Origin: Pyrinomonadaceae bacterium
Lineage (GTDB): Bacteria > Acidobacteriota > Blastocatellia > Pyrinomonadales > Pyrinomonadaceae
Length of the DNA stretch: 57,957 nt
Reading direction: 5' to 3'
NCBI GenBank assembly: GCA_035942915.1
Contig: DASZCR010000271.1
Coordinates: 1-57,957, forward strand
Made by a program: the position numbers and the translations under genes. Under the pieces are notes generated by a model. It was not told the origin of the DNA. It did not search any database and saw only the letters and a program-made list of their open reading frames with translations. Positions within the stretch are counted from its first letter, which is position 1; each line of letters begins with the position of its first letter. Positions 9,561-21,040 of this stretch are shown piece by piece.

Positions 9561-10774
9561 AGAGCGTGATTTCAATGATGACGAGTCAACTTGTGAAGCC
9601 ATTCGAGGAGACGGCGCGGCGCGAAGACGCGTTTCAGCTGGCGACCTACAAGAAGTTTCCGTTCGCCGTCGAGCGGGGCGAGGGCGCGTGGGTTGAGACG
9701 AGCGAGGGCATCCGTTATCTGGACTTGTACGGCGGACATGCCGTCGCCGCCACCGGCCATTGTCATCCGCGCGTCGTCGCGGCGATTAAGGCGCAGGCCG
9801 AGCGTCTGCTGTTCTACTCGAACCTCGTCTATTCGGAGGTGCGTGCGCGTGCCTCCGCGCGACTCGTCGGCGTCGCGCCCGCACGGCTCACGAAAGCCTT
9901 CTTCTGCAACTCCGGCACGGAGGCCAACGAGAACGCGATGCGGATGGCGCGCTTGAAGACCGGACGCGAGCGCATCATCACCTTCGAACGGGGGTTTCAC
10001 GGCCGCACGGCCGACTCCATCAGCGCGACGTTCCTCGGCAAGTATCGTGACCTCGGACGACCGAACGTGCCCGGCCATCTCTGCGCCGAGTTCGGCTCGA
10101 TTGAGTCGGTCGCCGCGTTGGCCGATGAGACGGTCGCGGCCGTGTTGCTCGAACCCGTGCAGTCGATGGCTGGCGTACGGCTCGCCGCGCCGGAGTTCTA
10201 TCGGGCTTTACGCAGGCTGTGCGACGAGCGCGGGATGGTGCTGATTTATGACGAGGTGCAGACAGGGATAGGGCGGACGGGCGAGTGGTTCTTTGCCGGG
10301 AGTGAGGCGGGCGGGCGCGTCGTGCCAGACATCGTCACGCTCGCAAAGGCTCTCGGAAGCGGCGTCCCTGTCGGCGCGTGTCTGACGACGGAGGACGTGG
10401 CCTCTCAAATTAAAGAGAACGACCTCGGCACGACCTTCGGCGGCGGGATGCTGGCGATGGCGGCCGTCGAGGCGACGCTCGACGCCATTGAGACGGACGC
10501 GATGCTTGAGAACGTGCGCGCCGTCGAGCGTCGCCTGAGAGAAAGGCTCGCGGGCGTCGGGCGTGTCGCGGGCGTGCGCGGCTTGGGCTTTCTGCTCGGC
10601 GTCGAGTTCGACGGAGAGATTGCCTCGAAGGTGCAACAGTCGCTGCTCGGAAGACGCATCATCACCGGCACGTCGAGCGATGCGCGCGTGCTCAGACTTT
10701 TGCCGCCGCTTTGCCTGAGCGGCAGGGAAGCAGACCTGTTCGTGGATGCTCTCAAAGCATCGCTTGAGATGTAA
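9557..10774 (+). CDS. argD: acetylornithine (N-acyl-ornithine) aminotransferase, class III
   Basis: 405 aa. DEVQTGIGRTGEWF and the PLP-lysine context TLAKALGSG. Start overlaps the argC stop (ATGA). Confidence 0.9.
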   Translation: MKSVISMMTSQLVKPFEETARREDAFQLATYKKFPFAVERGEGAWVETSEGIRYLDLYGGHAVAATGHCHPRVVAAIKAQAERLLFYSNLVYSEVRARASARLVGVAPARLTKAFFCNSGTEANENAMRMARLKTGRERIITFERGFHGRTADSISATFLGKYRDLGRPNVPGHLCAEFGSIESVAALADETVAAVLLEPVQSMAGVRLAAPEFYRALRRLCDERGMVLIYDEVQTGIGRTGEWFFAGSEAGGRVVPDIVTLAKALGSGVPVGACLTTEDVASQIKENDLGTTFGGGMLAMAAVEATLDAIETDAMLENVRAVERRLRERLAGVGRVAGVRGLGFLLGVEFDGEIASKVQQSLLGRRIITGTSSDARVLRLLPPLCLSGREADLFVDALKASLEM

Positions 10775-10814
10775 GGGCGCAGAAGCCGTCTTCTGTCCCG
10801 CACATGATGCCGAT

Positions 10815-11840
10815 ATGCCGAAGAACTTTCTGACGACCGGCGACTGGACGCGCGCCGAACTGGAAGGCTTGATTGAAGAGGCGCTGCGCCTGAAGCGCGG
10901 TGAGTCGCGCGACGCGCGCCCGCTCGCCGGTCGCTCGGTCGCGCTCGTCTTCTTCAACCCTTCCTTGCGGACGCGCGCCTCGATGCAGGTCGGCGTCTAC
11001 GAGTTGGGCGGAAACGCCGTCGTGCTCGAACCGGGCGGGACGAGTTGGACGCTTGAACATCGCGCGGGCGTCGTGATGGACGGCGACAAGACTGAACACG
11101 TCGCCGAGTTCGTGCGCGTCGTCGGCCGTTACTGCGCCGCCATCGGCGTGCGTACCTTCGCGGCGCTCAAAGATTGGGAGGAGGAGCGGCGCGACCCAAT
11201 CCTCAGAGCCTTCGCCGAACACGCCGAAGTGCCGCTCATCAATCTCGAATCCGCGATGCATCATCCCTGCCAGTCTCTCGCAGACATGTTGACCGTCCGC
11301 GAGAAACTCGGCGCGGGACGCAAACGCCTGCTGCTCACATGGGCGTGGCATCCGAAGCCTCTGCCGATGGCCGTCCCGAACAGCTTCGCGCTGGCTTCCG
11401 CACAGATGGGACACGAACTCGTCATCGCTCATCCCGAAGGCTACGAACTGGACGAAGAGTTGATGAGCGAAGTCAGAGGCGCGGCCGAAGCAAGCGGCGG
11501 GAGCGTCTCTTTGACGCATGACGTGGCGGAAGCCTTCGACGGCGCGCAGGCCGTCTATGCGAAGAGCTGGGGCAGTCGTCGCTTCTACGGCGACGCCGCG
11601 CGCGACATCTCGGAGCGCGCACGCTACCGCGCCGACTGGATTGTTGATGAAGCGAAGATGAGACGCACCGACAGCGCCCTCTTCATGCACTGTCTGCCCG
11701 TCAGGCGCAACTGCATCGTCACCGATGCGGTTATCGACTCGCACGCCTCCGTCGTGATAGACGAAGCGGAGAACCGCCTGCACGCGCAGAAGGCCGTCCT
11801 CACGAAACTGCTGGCCGATGCGGGAACGGAGGAGTTATGA
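10815..11840 (+). CDS. argF': N-acyl-L-ornithine carbamoyltransferase type (argF'-like), not a classical OTCase
   Basis: Carbamoyl-phosphate site SLRTR, HPCQSLAD, and FMHCLPVRRNCIVTD. From memory, HCLPVRRN marks acetyl/succinyl-ornithine transcarbamylases, whereas classical OTCases have HCLPA. Start placed at ATG 10815 (MPKNFLT). Confidence 0.8.
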   Translation: MPKNFLTTGDWTRAELEGLIEEALRLKRGESRDARPLAGRSVALVFFNPSLRTRASMQVGVYELGGNAVVLEPGGTSWTLEHRAGVVMDGDKTEHVAEFVRVVGRYCAAIGVRTFAALKDWEEERRDPILRAFAEHAEVPLINLESAMHHPCQSLADMLTVREKLGAGRKRLLLTWAWHPKPLPMAVPNSFALASAQMGHELVIAHPEGYELDEELMSEVRGAAEASGGSVSLTHDVAEAFDGAQAVYAKSWGSRRFYGDAARDISERARYRADWIVDEAKMRRTDSALFMHCLPVRRNCIVTDAVIDSHASVVIDEAENRLHAQKAVLTKLLADAGTEEL

Positions 11841-12724
11841 GCCAGCCGCGACTCGACCTCTTGCGCGAGGCACTACCTTACATTCAGCGTTTCAAGGGTA
11901 AGACCTTCGTCGTCAAACTCTCCGGGAAGGTGACGGAGGACGACGAGAATCTGGTCAGTCTGGCTGAGGAGTTGGCGCTGCTGCATCAGGTCGGCATACG
12001 CGTCTGCGTCGTGCACGGCGGCGGCAAGCAGTTGACCGAGTTGGCCGCGCAACTCGGCGTCGAGCAGACCATCATCGACGGCCGTCGCGTCACCGACGAT
12101 GCGACGCTTGAGATGGCGAAGATGATTTTCGCCGGGAAGATTAATACGGACATCCTCGCGGCGCTCAGGAATCGCGGCGTCGAAGCGGTCGGCCTCTCCG
12201 GCGTCGATGGCGGCATCGTGCGCGCCGAACGACGCCCGCCCAAAGAGGTTGTCAACCGCGAGACGGGCAAGAGCGAACAGATAGACTTCGGGCATGTCGG
12301 CGACATCGTCGAGGTCAACGACAGGCTCCTGCGCGTGCTTCTCGACCACGATTACCTGCCCGTTGTCTCATCGCTTGCGGCCGACGAAGCGGGGATGGTC
12401 TTCAACGTCAACGCCGATACCATCGCGGCCGAAATCGCCGTCCGCCTCGAAGCCGAGAAGTTGATAATGCTGAGCGACGTGGACGGCATCTACCTGCGGC
12501 CGGATGAGGTGGCGACGAAGCTGTCGCGCCTGACGGCGGACGAGGTGCTGGCGCTGGTGCGCGACGGCGTGGCGAGCGGCGGGATGATTCCGAAGCTCCA
12601 GAACATTGCGGGTCTGCTCAAGCGCGGCGTCCGCAGCGCACACATCATCAAAGGCTCGCTGCGCAACGCACTGCTCTCCGAAGTCTTCACGGACGAAGGC
12701 ACGGGCACGATGATTGTCGCCTGA
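11837..12724 (+). CDS. argB: acetylglutamate kinase
   Basis: 295 aa, amino-acid kinase fold (FVVKLSGK, VVHGGG). ATGA overlap with the argF' stop. Confidence 0.9.
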   Translation: MSQPRLDLLREALPYIQRFKGKTFVVKLSGKVTEDDENLVSLAEELALLHQVGIRVCVVHGGGKQLTELAAQLGVEQTIIDGRRVTDDATLEMAKMIFAGKINTDILAALRNRGVEAVGLSGVDGGIVRAERRPPKEVVNRETGKSEQIDFGHVGDIVEVNDRLLRVLLDHDYLPVVSSLAADEAGMVFNVNADTIAAEIAVRLEAEKLIMLSDVDGIYLRPDEVATKLSRLTADEVLALVRDGVASGGMIPKLQNIAGLLKRGVRSAHIIKGSLRNALLSEVFTDEGTGTMIVA

Positions 12725-12787
12725 ACCCGCTGCCAGATTTCTCAAACTTCTCTTTGCGCCTCCGCCATCTTTGCGCGAAACTTCTGC

Positions 12788-13960
12788 TTGATGAAAGAAG
12801 AAGTTTCGCGCAAAGACGTTAAGGCGCAAGGGAGGTTGAGCGAGTTCGCGCGTCGTTTGCGTCAGGAGTGGCGGCGGCGTGGTTGGCGCGAGTCGGGCGG
12901 GCGCGTGGTCTGCGCCGTCTCCGGCGGCGCAGATTCGACGGCGCTGCTGCTCGGCCTCGCAGAGTTGTTGCAGACGGGGCGGCTCGCTTTCGACGTAACG
13001 GTCGCGCACCTCGACCACGAGTTGCGCGGCGAGCGTGCGCGTGAGGATGCGGCGTGGGTGGAGGCTCTGGCGCGCGAGTTGGGCTTCGAGTCCGTCATCG
13101 GGCGCGCGTCGGTCGAAGCGTCTGCGCGGGAGCGTAAGGACAATCTCGAACAGGCTGCGCGGCGTACGCGTTACCGTTTCCTCTCTGAGACGGCGAGAGA
13201 GAGAGGGGCATGGGCAGTCGTCGTCGGTCACACGTCGGACGACCAGGCGGAGACCCTGTTGCTGCGCCTCGTGCGCGGAAGCGGCGCGCAAGGGCTGGCC
13301 GGGATGCGTGCCGAGCGTGTGCTTGACGAAGGGGAAGGGCCAGAGGCGCGACCGGATGATGATGAAGAGGAAGATGCTTCTCATCATCCTTCTCGGTCGC
13401 CGGTCTGGTTGTTGCGCCCGCTGCTCGGTTGGGCGCGTCGCGCCGAGACGCAAAAGTACTGCGCCGCGCGCGGGGTAGCGTGTCGTGTTGACGAGATGAA
13501 CGAGGACGAGCGTTTTGCGCGCGTACGTGTCCGGCGCAGGTTGTTGCCGCTGCTTGAGACTTTCAATCCGCGCGTCGTCGAGGCGCTCGTGCGCGCGTCC
13601 GAAATTCTGGCCGACGACTCACAGGCGATAGACGAAGCAGCCGCGCATCTGCTCGAAGCGGCGCGCGCCGAGCCGGTTGCAAGCGAGAGCGTGGGCGCGC
13701 AGGCGTGGCCGCTAAGGGTCGAGGCATTGAGCGGGGCGAGTGCGGGGCTGCGGCGGCGCGCGTTGCGCCTGTGGATGGCGCGCGGTCGCGGCGATTTGCG
13801 GCGCGTCGAGATGGCGCACGTCGCGGCCGTCGAGCGTCTGTTGACGGGCGAGCGGGGCGGGCGCGTGGCGGAATTGCCGGGCGGCAGCCGCGTCGAACGC
13901 AGGCGCGGCCGTCTCGTCTTTCATGGGAAAAGAGTTGAAAAAGGCACACACGGCATTTAG
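12788..13960 (+). CDS. tilS: tRNA(Ile)-lysidine synthetase
   Basis: PP-loop SGGADS in VCAVSGGADSTALL. 390 aa with an acidic insertion (DEGEGPEARPDDDEEEDASHH). Lies in a tilS-hpt-ftsH arrangement. Confidence 0.8.
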   Translation: MMKEEVSRKDVKAQGRLSEFARRLRQEWRRRGWRESGGRVVCAVSGGADSTALLLGLAELLQTGRLAFDVTVAHLDHELRGERAREDAAWVEALARELGFESVIGRASVEASARERKDNLEQAARRTRYRFLSETARERGAWAVVVGHTSDDQAETLLLRLVRGSGAQGLAGMRAERVLDEGEGPEARPDDDEEEDASHHPSRSPVWLLRPLLGWARRAETQKYCAARGVACRVDEMNEDERFARVRVRRRLLPLLETFNPRVVEALVRASEILADDSQAIDEAAAHLLEAARAEPVASESVGAQAWPLRVEALSGASAGLRRRALRLWMARGRGDLRRVEMAHVAAVERLLTGERGGRVAELPGGSRVERRRGRLVFHGKRVEKGTHGI

Positions 13961-14065
13961 AATCAAACCGGGTCGCCGCCCACAGAAGACCGCCGGCCAA
14001 CTCTCCGGCCTGCGGTTTTGTCTTTCAGACGGCGCGTTTGTTTTTCCCCTTGAGGGCGTCAGGCG

Positions 14066-14587
14066 ATGAATGAAGGTATCGTAGAGGTTTACGGCGTGCG
14101 CGAGATTGCCGGGCGCGTCGAGGCGCTGGCCGCCGAAATCTCCGAAGCCTACAGAGGGGAAGAATTGACCGTGCTCGGCGTGCCCGAAGACGGCTTCGTC
14201 TTTCTCGCAGACCTCTTGCGCGCCCTCTCTGTGCCGCTCCGCACAAGCTTCCTGCGCTACGACCACCGCGCCCTCGGCGGCGTCCAAGACCTCTCCTTCA
14301 GCACACAAATCGACCTCCGTGGACGCGACATCCTGCTCGTCGAAGGCGTGTTGGAGACCGGCGTGACACAGGAGTACATCATCAAGCAACTCGAAGCGCA
14401 GGGCGCAAAGCGCGTCCGTCTGTGCGTTCTGGTGGACAAGCCTGCGGGGCGGCGCACGGCCGTCAACGCAGACTGGCGCGCCTTCAGGACGGGCGAAGAG
14501 TATCTGTTCGGCTACGGGCTGGGATTGCAGGAGCGTTGGCGTGAACTGCCTTTTCTGGCAACGTTTGCGCAGGGGCGTGCAGGCTGA
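14066..14587 (+). CDS. hpt: hypoxanthine phosphoribosyltransferase
   Basis: 173 aa with a PRPP-binding loop (ILLVEGVLETGVT). The conserved position between tilS and ftsH supports the call. Confidence 0.85.
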   Translation: MNEGIVEVYGVREIAGRVEALAAEISEAYRGEELTVLGVPEDGFVFLADLLRALSVPLRTSFLRYDHRALGGVQDLSFSTQIDLRGRDILLVEGVLETGVTQEYIIKQLEAQGAKRVRLCVLVDKPAGRRTAVNADWRAFRTGEEYLFGYGLGLQERWRELPFLATFAQGRAG

Positions 14588-14784
14588 CCGGGTGAGCGGA
14601 TGCGGGCGCAACTTGGCCGCGCGCGTGGGCATCCAAAGAAGGCCGCAAACCAACGGCGCAGGTCGTGCGTAAAAGTATGGCAATCCGGCGCACGTGCGGC
14701 GGCCGTCAACGGGTGGGTTGGAAGCTTTGGAGCGACAAGTGATGCCGAAATGGGTTATTATCGGCGTCGGAGGCGAGAAAAATT

Positions 14785-16710
<1,926 letters not shown>

Positions 16711-16719
16711 GCGGCAGAC

Positions 16720-16813
16720 GGTCAAAGGTCAAAGACCAAAGGCAAAAGTTGAGAGGCTACGTCCTCCTGACTTTTGCCTTTTTACTTTTGCCTTCTTTAG
16801 ATTACTTTTGACC
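16720..16813. repeat. heptamer-periodic palindromic element, GGTCAAA word
   Basis: GGTCAAA GGTCAAA GACCAAA GGCAAAA - loop - TTTTGCC TTTTTAC TTTTGCC TTCTTTA GATTAC TTTTGAC. It fills the ftsH-folP gap and ends 1 nt before the folP GTG. Confidence 0.85.
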
Positions 16814-16814
16814 T

Positions 16815-17678
16815 GTGCAACAACTCGTCTGGAAAACGGGGCGACGGACGCTCACGCTCGGCGCGCGCACGCTCGTCATGGGCGTCCTCAACGTGACGCC
16901 CGACAGCTTCAGCGACGGCGGCCGTTTCTTCGACGCGGCACGCGCCGTCGAGCGCGCCGAGCGAATGGTTGAAGAGGGCGCGGACTTGCTCGACGTAGGC
17001 GGAGAATCGACGCGGCCGGGCGGCGCAGCCGTCGAGGTTGAAGAAGAGCTGCGCCGCGTCGTGCCGGTCATCAAAGCCATCGCGCGGACGGTCTCCGTGC
17101 CCGTCTCAATCGACACGACGAAGGCGCGCGTCGCACGCGCCGCGCTCGACGCGGGGGCGGAGATTGTTAACGACATCTCGGCCTTACGGTTTGAGCCGCA
17201 TCTGGCGGACGAGGCGGCACGCACGGGCGCGGGACTCGTCCTCATGCACTCGCGCGGGACGGCCGATGAGTTGCACACTCGGCCGCCGTCGGCCAACATC
17301 TGGAAAGAGATGGCCGAGAGCCTGCATGGCAGCATCTCGGAAGCGAGGCGGCGCGGTGTGGCGCGCGAGTGCATCGCGCTCGACCCCGGCATCGGCTTCG
17401 GCAAGACGCAGGAGCAGAACGTCGAAATAATCGCGCGCCTCACGCGCTTTGCAGATGCCTTGCCGGGCTATCCGGTTCTCATCGGCACATCGCGCAAATC
17501 TTTCATCGGCCGCCTGCTGGGCGGCGCTGCCGTCGATGAGCGTCTGCATGGCACGATGGCGACCATCACGGCCGCCGTCCTCGCAGGCGCGCACATCGTC
17601 CGCGTCCACGACGTGCGCCCCGCCGTCGAGACCGTCCGCGTCGCAGATGCGCTGAAAGCAGTGATAGGTGATAGGTGA
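16815..17678 (+). CDS. folP: dihydropteroate synthase
   Basis: GVLNVTPDSFSDGG and DVGGESTRPG pterin-binding motifs. GTG start. The last five codons and the TGA stop lie in the repeat at 17661-17763. Confidence 0.9.
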   Translation: MQQLVWKTGRRTLTLGARTLVMGVLNVTPDSFSDGGRFFDAARAVERAERMVEEGADLLDVGGESTRPGGAAVEVEEELRRVVPVIKAIARTVSVPVSIDTTKARVARAALDAGAEIVNDISALRFEPHLADEAARTGAGLVLMHSRGTADELHTRPPSANIWKEMAESLHGSISEARRRGVARECIALDPGIGFGKTQEQNVEIIARLTRFADALPGYPVLIGTSRKSFIGRLLGGAAVDERLHGTMATITAAVLAGAHIVRVHDVRPAVETVRVADALKAVIGDR

Positions 17679-17763
17679 TGGGTGATAAGTGATGGGTGAT
17701 AGGAAGAAAACAGGATTTCTCCTATCACCTATCACTTATCACCTATCACCATTCTCTTATCAC
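17661..17763. repeat. heptamer-periodic palindromic element, GTGATRG type
   Basis: Six G-units, core GAAGAAAACAGGATTTCTC, four C-units, CATTCTC, one C-unit. Confidence 0.9.
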
Positions 17764-17849
17764 CTGTGTTTTACTTGTCACTCGTGACTGCATTATCGTA
17801 TCGTGCCACGTCTTGGAGTTGGGAAGATGCGTTGTGAGGTAGAGTCGAA

Positions 17850-18419
17850 ATGATTTTCAGAGGCAGGTTTTGGCGGGGAGCGGCGTTGGCCGTGTTGCTG
17901 TTGTCGGCGACGGGGTTTACGGAGTGCTACAAGCCGGTGACGCGTAGCGGCATGCCGAGGCACATTCGCAGGGTGGCCGTGCCCGCCTTTCAGTTTCAGG
18001 ACAACGCGCTGCGCTTCAAGGTCGAGTCGCGTTTCACGGAAGCTGTCAGCAACGAGATTATCCGGCGCGGCAAGGGGTTGCGCGTGCAGAGCGAGCGCGA
18101 GGGCGCGGACGCCGTCGTCGAAGGCTCAATCAAAAACTTCGGTTTCTACGGCGTGCTGCTGCAACCGAACGACCCGGCCACGCGTGCGCGCATCTTCGAG
18201 GTACAGATTACGGCCGCCATCACCGTGCGCGACCAGGTGGAAAACCGCGTCCTCTACGACAATCAGAACTATCAGTTTCGCGGCGAGTTCGAGTTCACGC
18301 GCGACCCGCGCAGCTTCTTCAACGAGGAAGACCCGGCCGTGCAGCGCATCGCGCGCAGCTTCGCCGAAAGCCTCGTCTCCACGCTCGTCAACGGTTTCGG
18401 AGTCAACGAAGAGAAGTGA
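17850..18419 (+). CDS. lptE: LptE-like outer-membrane lipoprotein
   Basis: Signal peptide ending in a Cys (SATGFTEC), 189 aa. It sits immediately upstream of, and overlaps, holA, as in the lptE-holA arrangement. The similarity is judged by eye only. Confidence 0.6.
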   Translation: MIFRGRFWRGAALAVLLLSATGFTECYKPVTRSGMPRHIRRVAVPAFQFQDNALRFKVESRFTEAVSNEIIRRGKGLRVQSEREGADAVVEGSIKNFGFYGVLLQPNDPATRARIFEVQITAAITVRDQVENRVLYDNQNYQFRGEFEFTRDPRSFFNEEDPAVQRIARSFAESLVSTLVNGFGVNEEK

Positions 18420-19417
18420 GCACGCTGACGCGCGAAAGACTCAAGACGGAGTTGCGCGCCGAGCGCATCGCGCCGCTCTACCTGCTCTACGGTGCGGAGG
18501 ACTACCTGCGCGACGAGGCCGCGCGCGACATTGCGGAGTCGGCGCTGGCCTCCGCTCCCTTGCGCGAGTTCAACGAGACGACCTTTAGCCTCGCCTCCGT
18601 CGATGTGCAACAGGCCATCGCCGCCGCCGAACAACTGCCGATGATGGCGTCGCGTCGCGTCGTCCGCGTGACGGACTTTGCGCGTCTGAAGGAGGGAGAC
18701 GAGGCTGCTCTGGCGCGATATCTCGCGCGACCCGTCGAGTCTTCGACCGTTATCTTCGTGACGGACGAGTTGGACAAAAGGCGCAAGCTGAGCAAGACGC
18801 TCCTCGACGCGTGCGTGAGCATTGAGTTCGCGCCGTTGTCAGACGGGGAGTTGACGGCGTGGGCGAAAGGGCGTCTCAAGGAGTTACAAGCGCAGGCCGA
18901 CGAGAGGACTTTGCGGCAGGTCGTCGCGCTCGTCGGTGCGAGCGTGCGAAAGCTGGCGACGGAGTTGGACAAACTGGCGACGGCGGCGCTGCCCGGCGGA
19001 CACATCTCGATGGAGATGGTCGAGTCGCTCGTCGGACGCTCGCGCGAGCTTTCCAACTTCGAATTGACTGACCACCTCGTCGCCCGCAACCGCAAGCGTG
19101 CGCTTGAGACGCTGCGCCGACTGCTGGACGACGGCGCAGAACCCTTGATGCTCCTTGGCCTGCTGGCGAGCAATTATCACCGGCTCGCGCTCGCTAAAGA
19201 CCTGATGGCTCGCGGCGCGCCGCGCGAGGAGGTCTTCCGCCTCGTCCCGATGCCGCATCACAAGCGCGAGGACTTCCTTGCCACCGCGCGCCGCGCCGAA
19301 GCCAACGAACTCGCGCGCCGCATCCGTCGCATCGCCGACGCAGACCTCGCCATCAAGACCTCGCAGGCCACCCCGCGCCTCCAACTTGAGCTGCTCGTCT
19401 GCGAGCTTTCGAGTTAA
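18416..19417 (+). CDS. holA: DNA polymerase III delta subunit
   Basis: 333 aa. N-terminal LYLLYGAEDYL and the overall delta-subunit pattern. GTGA overlap with the lptE stop. Confidence 0.8.
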   Translation: MSTLTRERLKTELRAERIAPLYLLYGAEDYLRDEAARDIAESALASAPLREFNETTFSLASVDVQQAIAAAEQLPMMASRRVVRVTDFARLKEGDEAALARYLARPVESSTVIFVTDELDKRRKLSKTLLDACVSIEFAPLSDGELTAWAKGRLKELQAQADERTLRQVVALVGASVRKLATELDKLATAALPGGHISMEMVESLVGRSRELSNFELTDHLVARNRKRALETLRRLLDDGAEPLMLLGLLASNYHRLALAKDLMARGAPREEVFRLVPMPHHKREDFLATARRAEANELARRIRRIADADLAIKTSQATPRLQLELLVCELSS

Positions 19418-19456
19418 AACGAAAACAGTCGCTCCAATCGACAGTTCTAAAAAGGA

Positions 19457-19489
19457 GAGGCGGGCTGAAGTCTTCCTTCAACCCGCCTC
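19457..19489. terminator. bidirectional stem-loop between convergent holA and rpsT
   Basis: GAGGCGGGCTGAA - 7-nt loop - TTCAACCCGCCTC (13-bp stem, one mismatch). Confidence 0.55.
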
Positions 19490-19513
19490 GTGCTTTAAAC
19501 TTGCGCTGTTCGG

Positions 19514-19780
19514 CTACTTGCCCGCCGTGTTGACGCTCACCGTCAGGCGCGACTTGTAGCGTGCGGCCGCGTTGCGATGGAGCACGCCCTTCTGGACGGC
19601 TTTGTCGATGAGGGAGACGGTCTGCGGCAACAACGTCTGAATCTGTTCGGCGTCGCCGCCGTCGAGTGCCGCGCGCAGTTTCTTGATTCCCGTGCGTAGA
19701 CGCCCACGATTGTTGCGATTGACGACGCGGCGCTTTTCGTTCTGGCGCATGCGCTTTTCCGCTGATTTATGGTTCGGCAT
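19514..19780 (-). CDS. rpsT: 30S ribosomal protein S20
   Basis: 88-aa basic ORF MPNHKSAEKRMRQNEKRR..., typical of S20. Confidence 0.95.
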   Translation of the reverse strand: MPNHKSAEKRMRQNEKRRVVNRNNRGRLRTGIKKLRAALDGGDAEQIQTLLPQTVSLIDKAVQKGVLHRNAAARYKSRLTVSVNTAGK

Positions 19781-19874
19781 TTCCTCTTAAACTCCGTCGG
19801 ATTGCTGCTTGTTGAAATACTAATTTTTGCGGCGCACCCACAGTCGGCCATCAGGCATCGGGCGCAAAGCGGAA

Positions 19875-19903
19875 AGTATAGGTTTCGAGGTGGGAAGTGT
19901 CAA
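19875..19903 (-). promoter_or_regulatory. near-consensus sigma70-type promoter for rpsT
   Basis: Minus strand reads TTGACA (19903-19898) - 17 nt - TATACT (19880-19875), about 95 nt upstream of the rpsT ATG. Confidence 0.55.
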
Positions 19904-19941
19904 GGCGAGGGGCGGATGAGGACGCTTTGCGCCCCTCTTCG

Positions 19942-19971
19942 TTGACACCCGCGAGTGACGTGTTGTAGCGT
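19942..19971 (+). promoter_or_regulatory. possible promoter for the phoH-ybeY-corC unit
   Basis: TTGACA (19942-19947) - 18 nt - TAGCGT (19966-19971). If real, transcription starts downstream of the track start 19955, implying a later phoH start codon. Confidence 0.3.
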
Positions 19972-21034
19972 CATAAGTGACAATGTTTCGAGCGATTTGC
20001 CTAAGCCTCATGCGCCCGCCCAGAAGAGCGGCCACCCGCGACCGTCGTCACCCGCGACAAGGAGATTGCTGCGCCTTTTGAAGAAGATAGAACTGCCGCC
20101 AAGAGGAATCGAGACGCTCTTTGGCGTCCACGACCAAAACATCAAGTATCTCGAATCGCTGCTTGACGTGCGCGTGGACGCGCGCGGTCAGGACGTGTCC
20201 GTCGATGGCGACCCGAAGGATGTCGAGACGGTCGAGCGCATCCTCGAAGACTTCGCCGCGCTCTTTAGCGAGGGCAAGACCTTCACCGACCGCGAACTGC
20301 GCGAAGCCTTCGCCCAAATCTCCGAAGACCGCGCCTACTCGCTGCGCGACTACTTCACCAAAGCGCGCTTCAATCCGGCGGGCAAAAAACAGGTCGCGCC
20401 CAAGTCGGCCATGCAGCGCCGCTACATCGAAGCCATCCAGCAGAACGACATCGTCTTCGGCGTCGGCCCGGCCGGTACGGGGAAGACCTATCTCGCCGTC
20501 GCGATGGCCGTGCAGGCTTTGATGCAGAAGCAGGTGAGCCGCATCGTGCTGGCGCGCCCGGCCGTCGAGGCGGGCGAGCGTTTAGGCTTTCTGCCCGGCG
20601 ACTTGCAGGAGAAGGTTGACCCTTACCTGCGGCCGCTCTACGACGCGCTCTTCGACCTCATCGACGCCGAGCGCGTGACGAAGTTTCTGGAGAAACGCAT
20701 CATCGAGGTTGCCCCGTTGGCCTTCATGCGCGGCCGGACGCTGGCCGATGCCTTCATCATCCTTGACGAGGCGCAGAACACGACGAGCGAGCAGATGAAG
20801 ATGGCGTTGACGCGCATCGGCTTCGGCTCGAAGGCCGTGATTACGGGCGACGTGACGCAGATTGATTTGCCGACGGGCAAGCGCAGCGGCCTCATCGAAG
20901 CAGAGCGCGTGCTGGCCGACACCGAAGGCATCGAGTTCGTCTATTTCACAGAGAAGGACGTGGTGCGCCACCGCCTCGTCCAGATGATTATCAAGGCTTA
21001 CGAAAAGCACGCCACCAAGAGCGGGCAGATGTAA
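19955..21034 (+). CDS. phoH: PhoH-like ATPase (YbeZ family)
   Basis: Walker [32 protein letters not shown]. The N-terminal ~40 aa of the track ORF are doubtful. An in-frame TTG at 20078, after GGAG at 20061, is an alternative start. Confidence 0.85.
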   Translation: MTCCSVISDNVSSDLPKPHAPAQKSGHPRPSSPATRRLLRLLKKIELPPRGIETLFGVHDQNIKYLESLLDVRVDARGQDVSVDGDPKDVETVERILEDFAALFSEGKTFTDRELREAFAQISEDRAYSLRDYFTKARFNPAGKKQVAPKSAMQRRYIEAIQQNDIVFGVGPAGTGKTYLAVAMAVQALMQKQVSRIVLARPAVEAGERLGFLPGDLQEKVDPYLRPLYDALFDLIDAERVTKFLEKRIIEVAPLAFMRGRTLADAFIILDEAQNTTSEQMKMALTRIGFGSKAVITGDVTQIDLPTGKRSGLIEAERVLADTEGIEFVYFTEKDVVRHRLVQMIIKAYEKHATKSGQM

Positions 21035-21040
21035 AAGACT

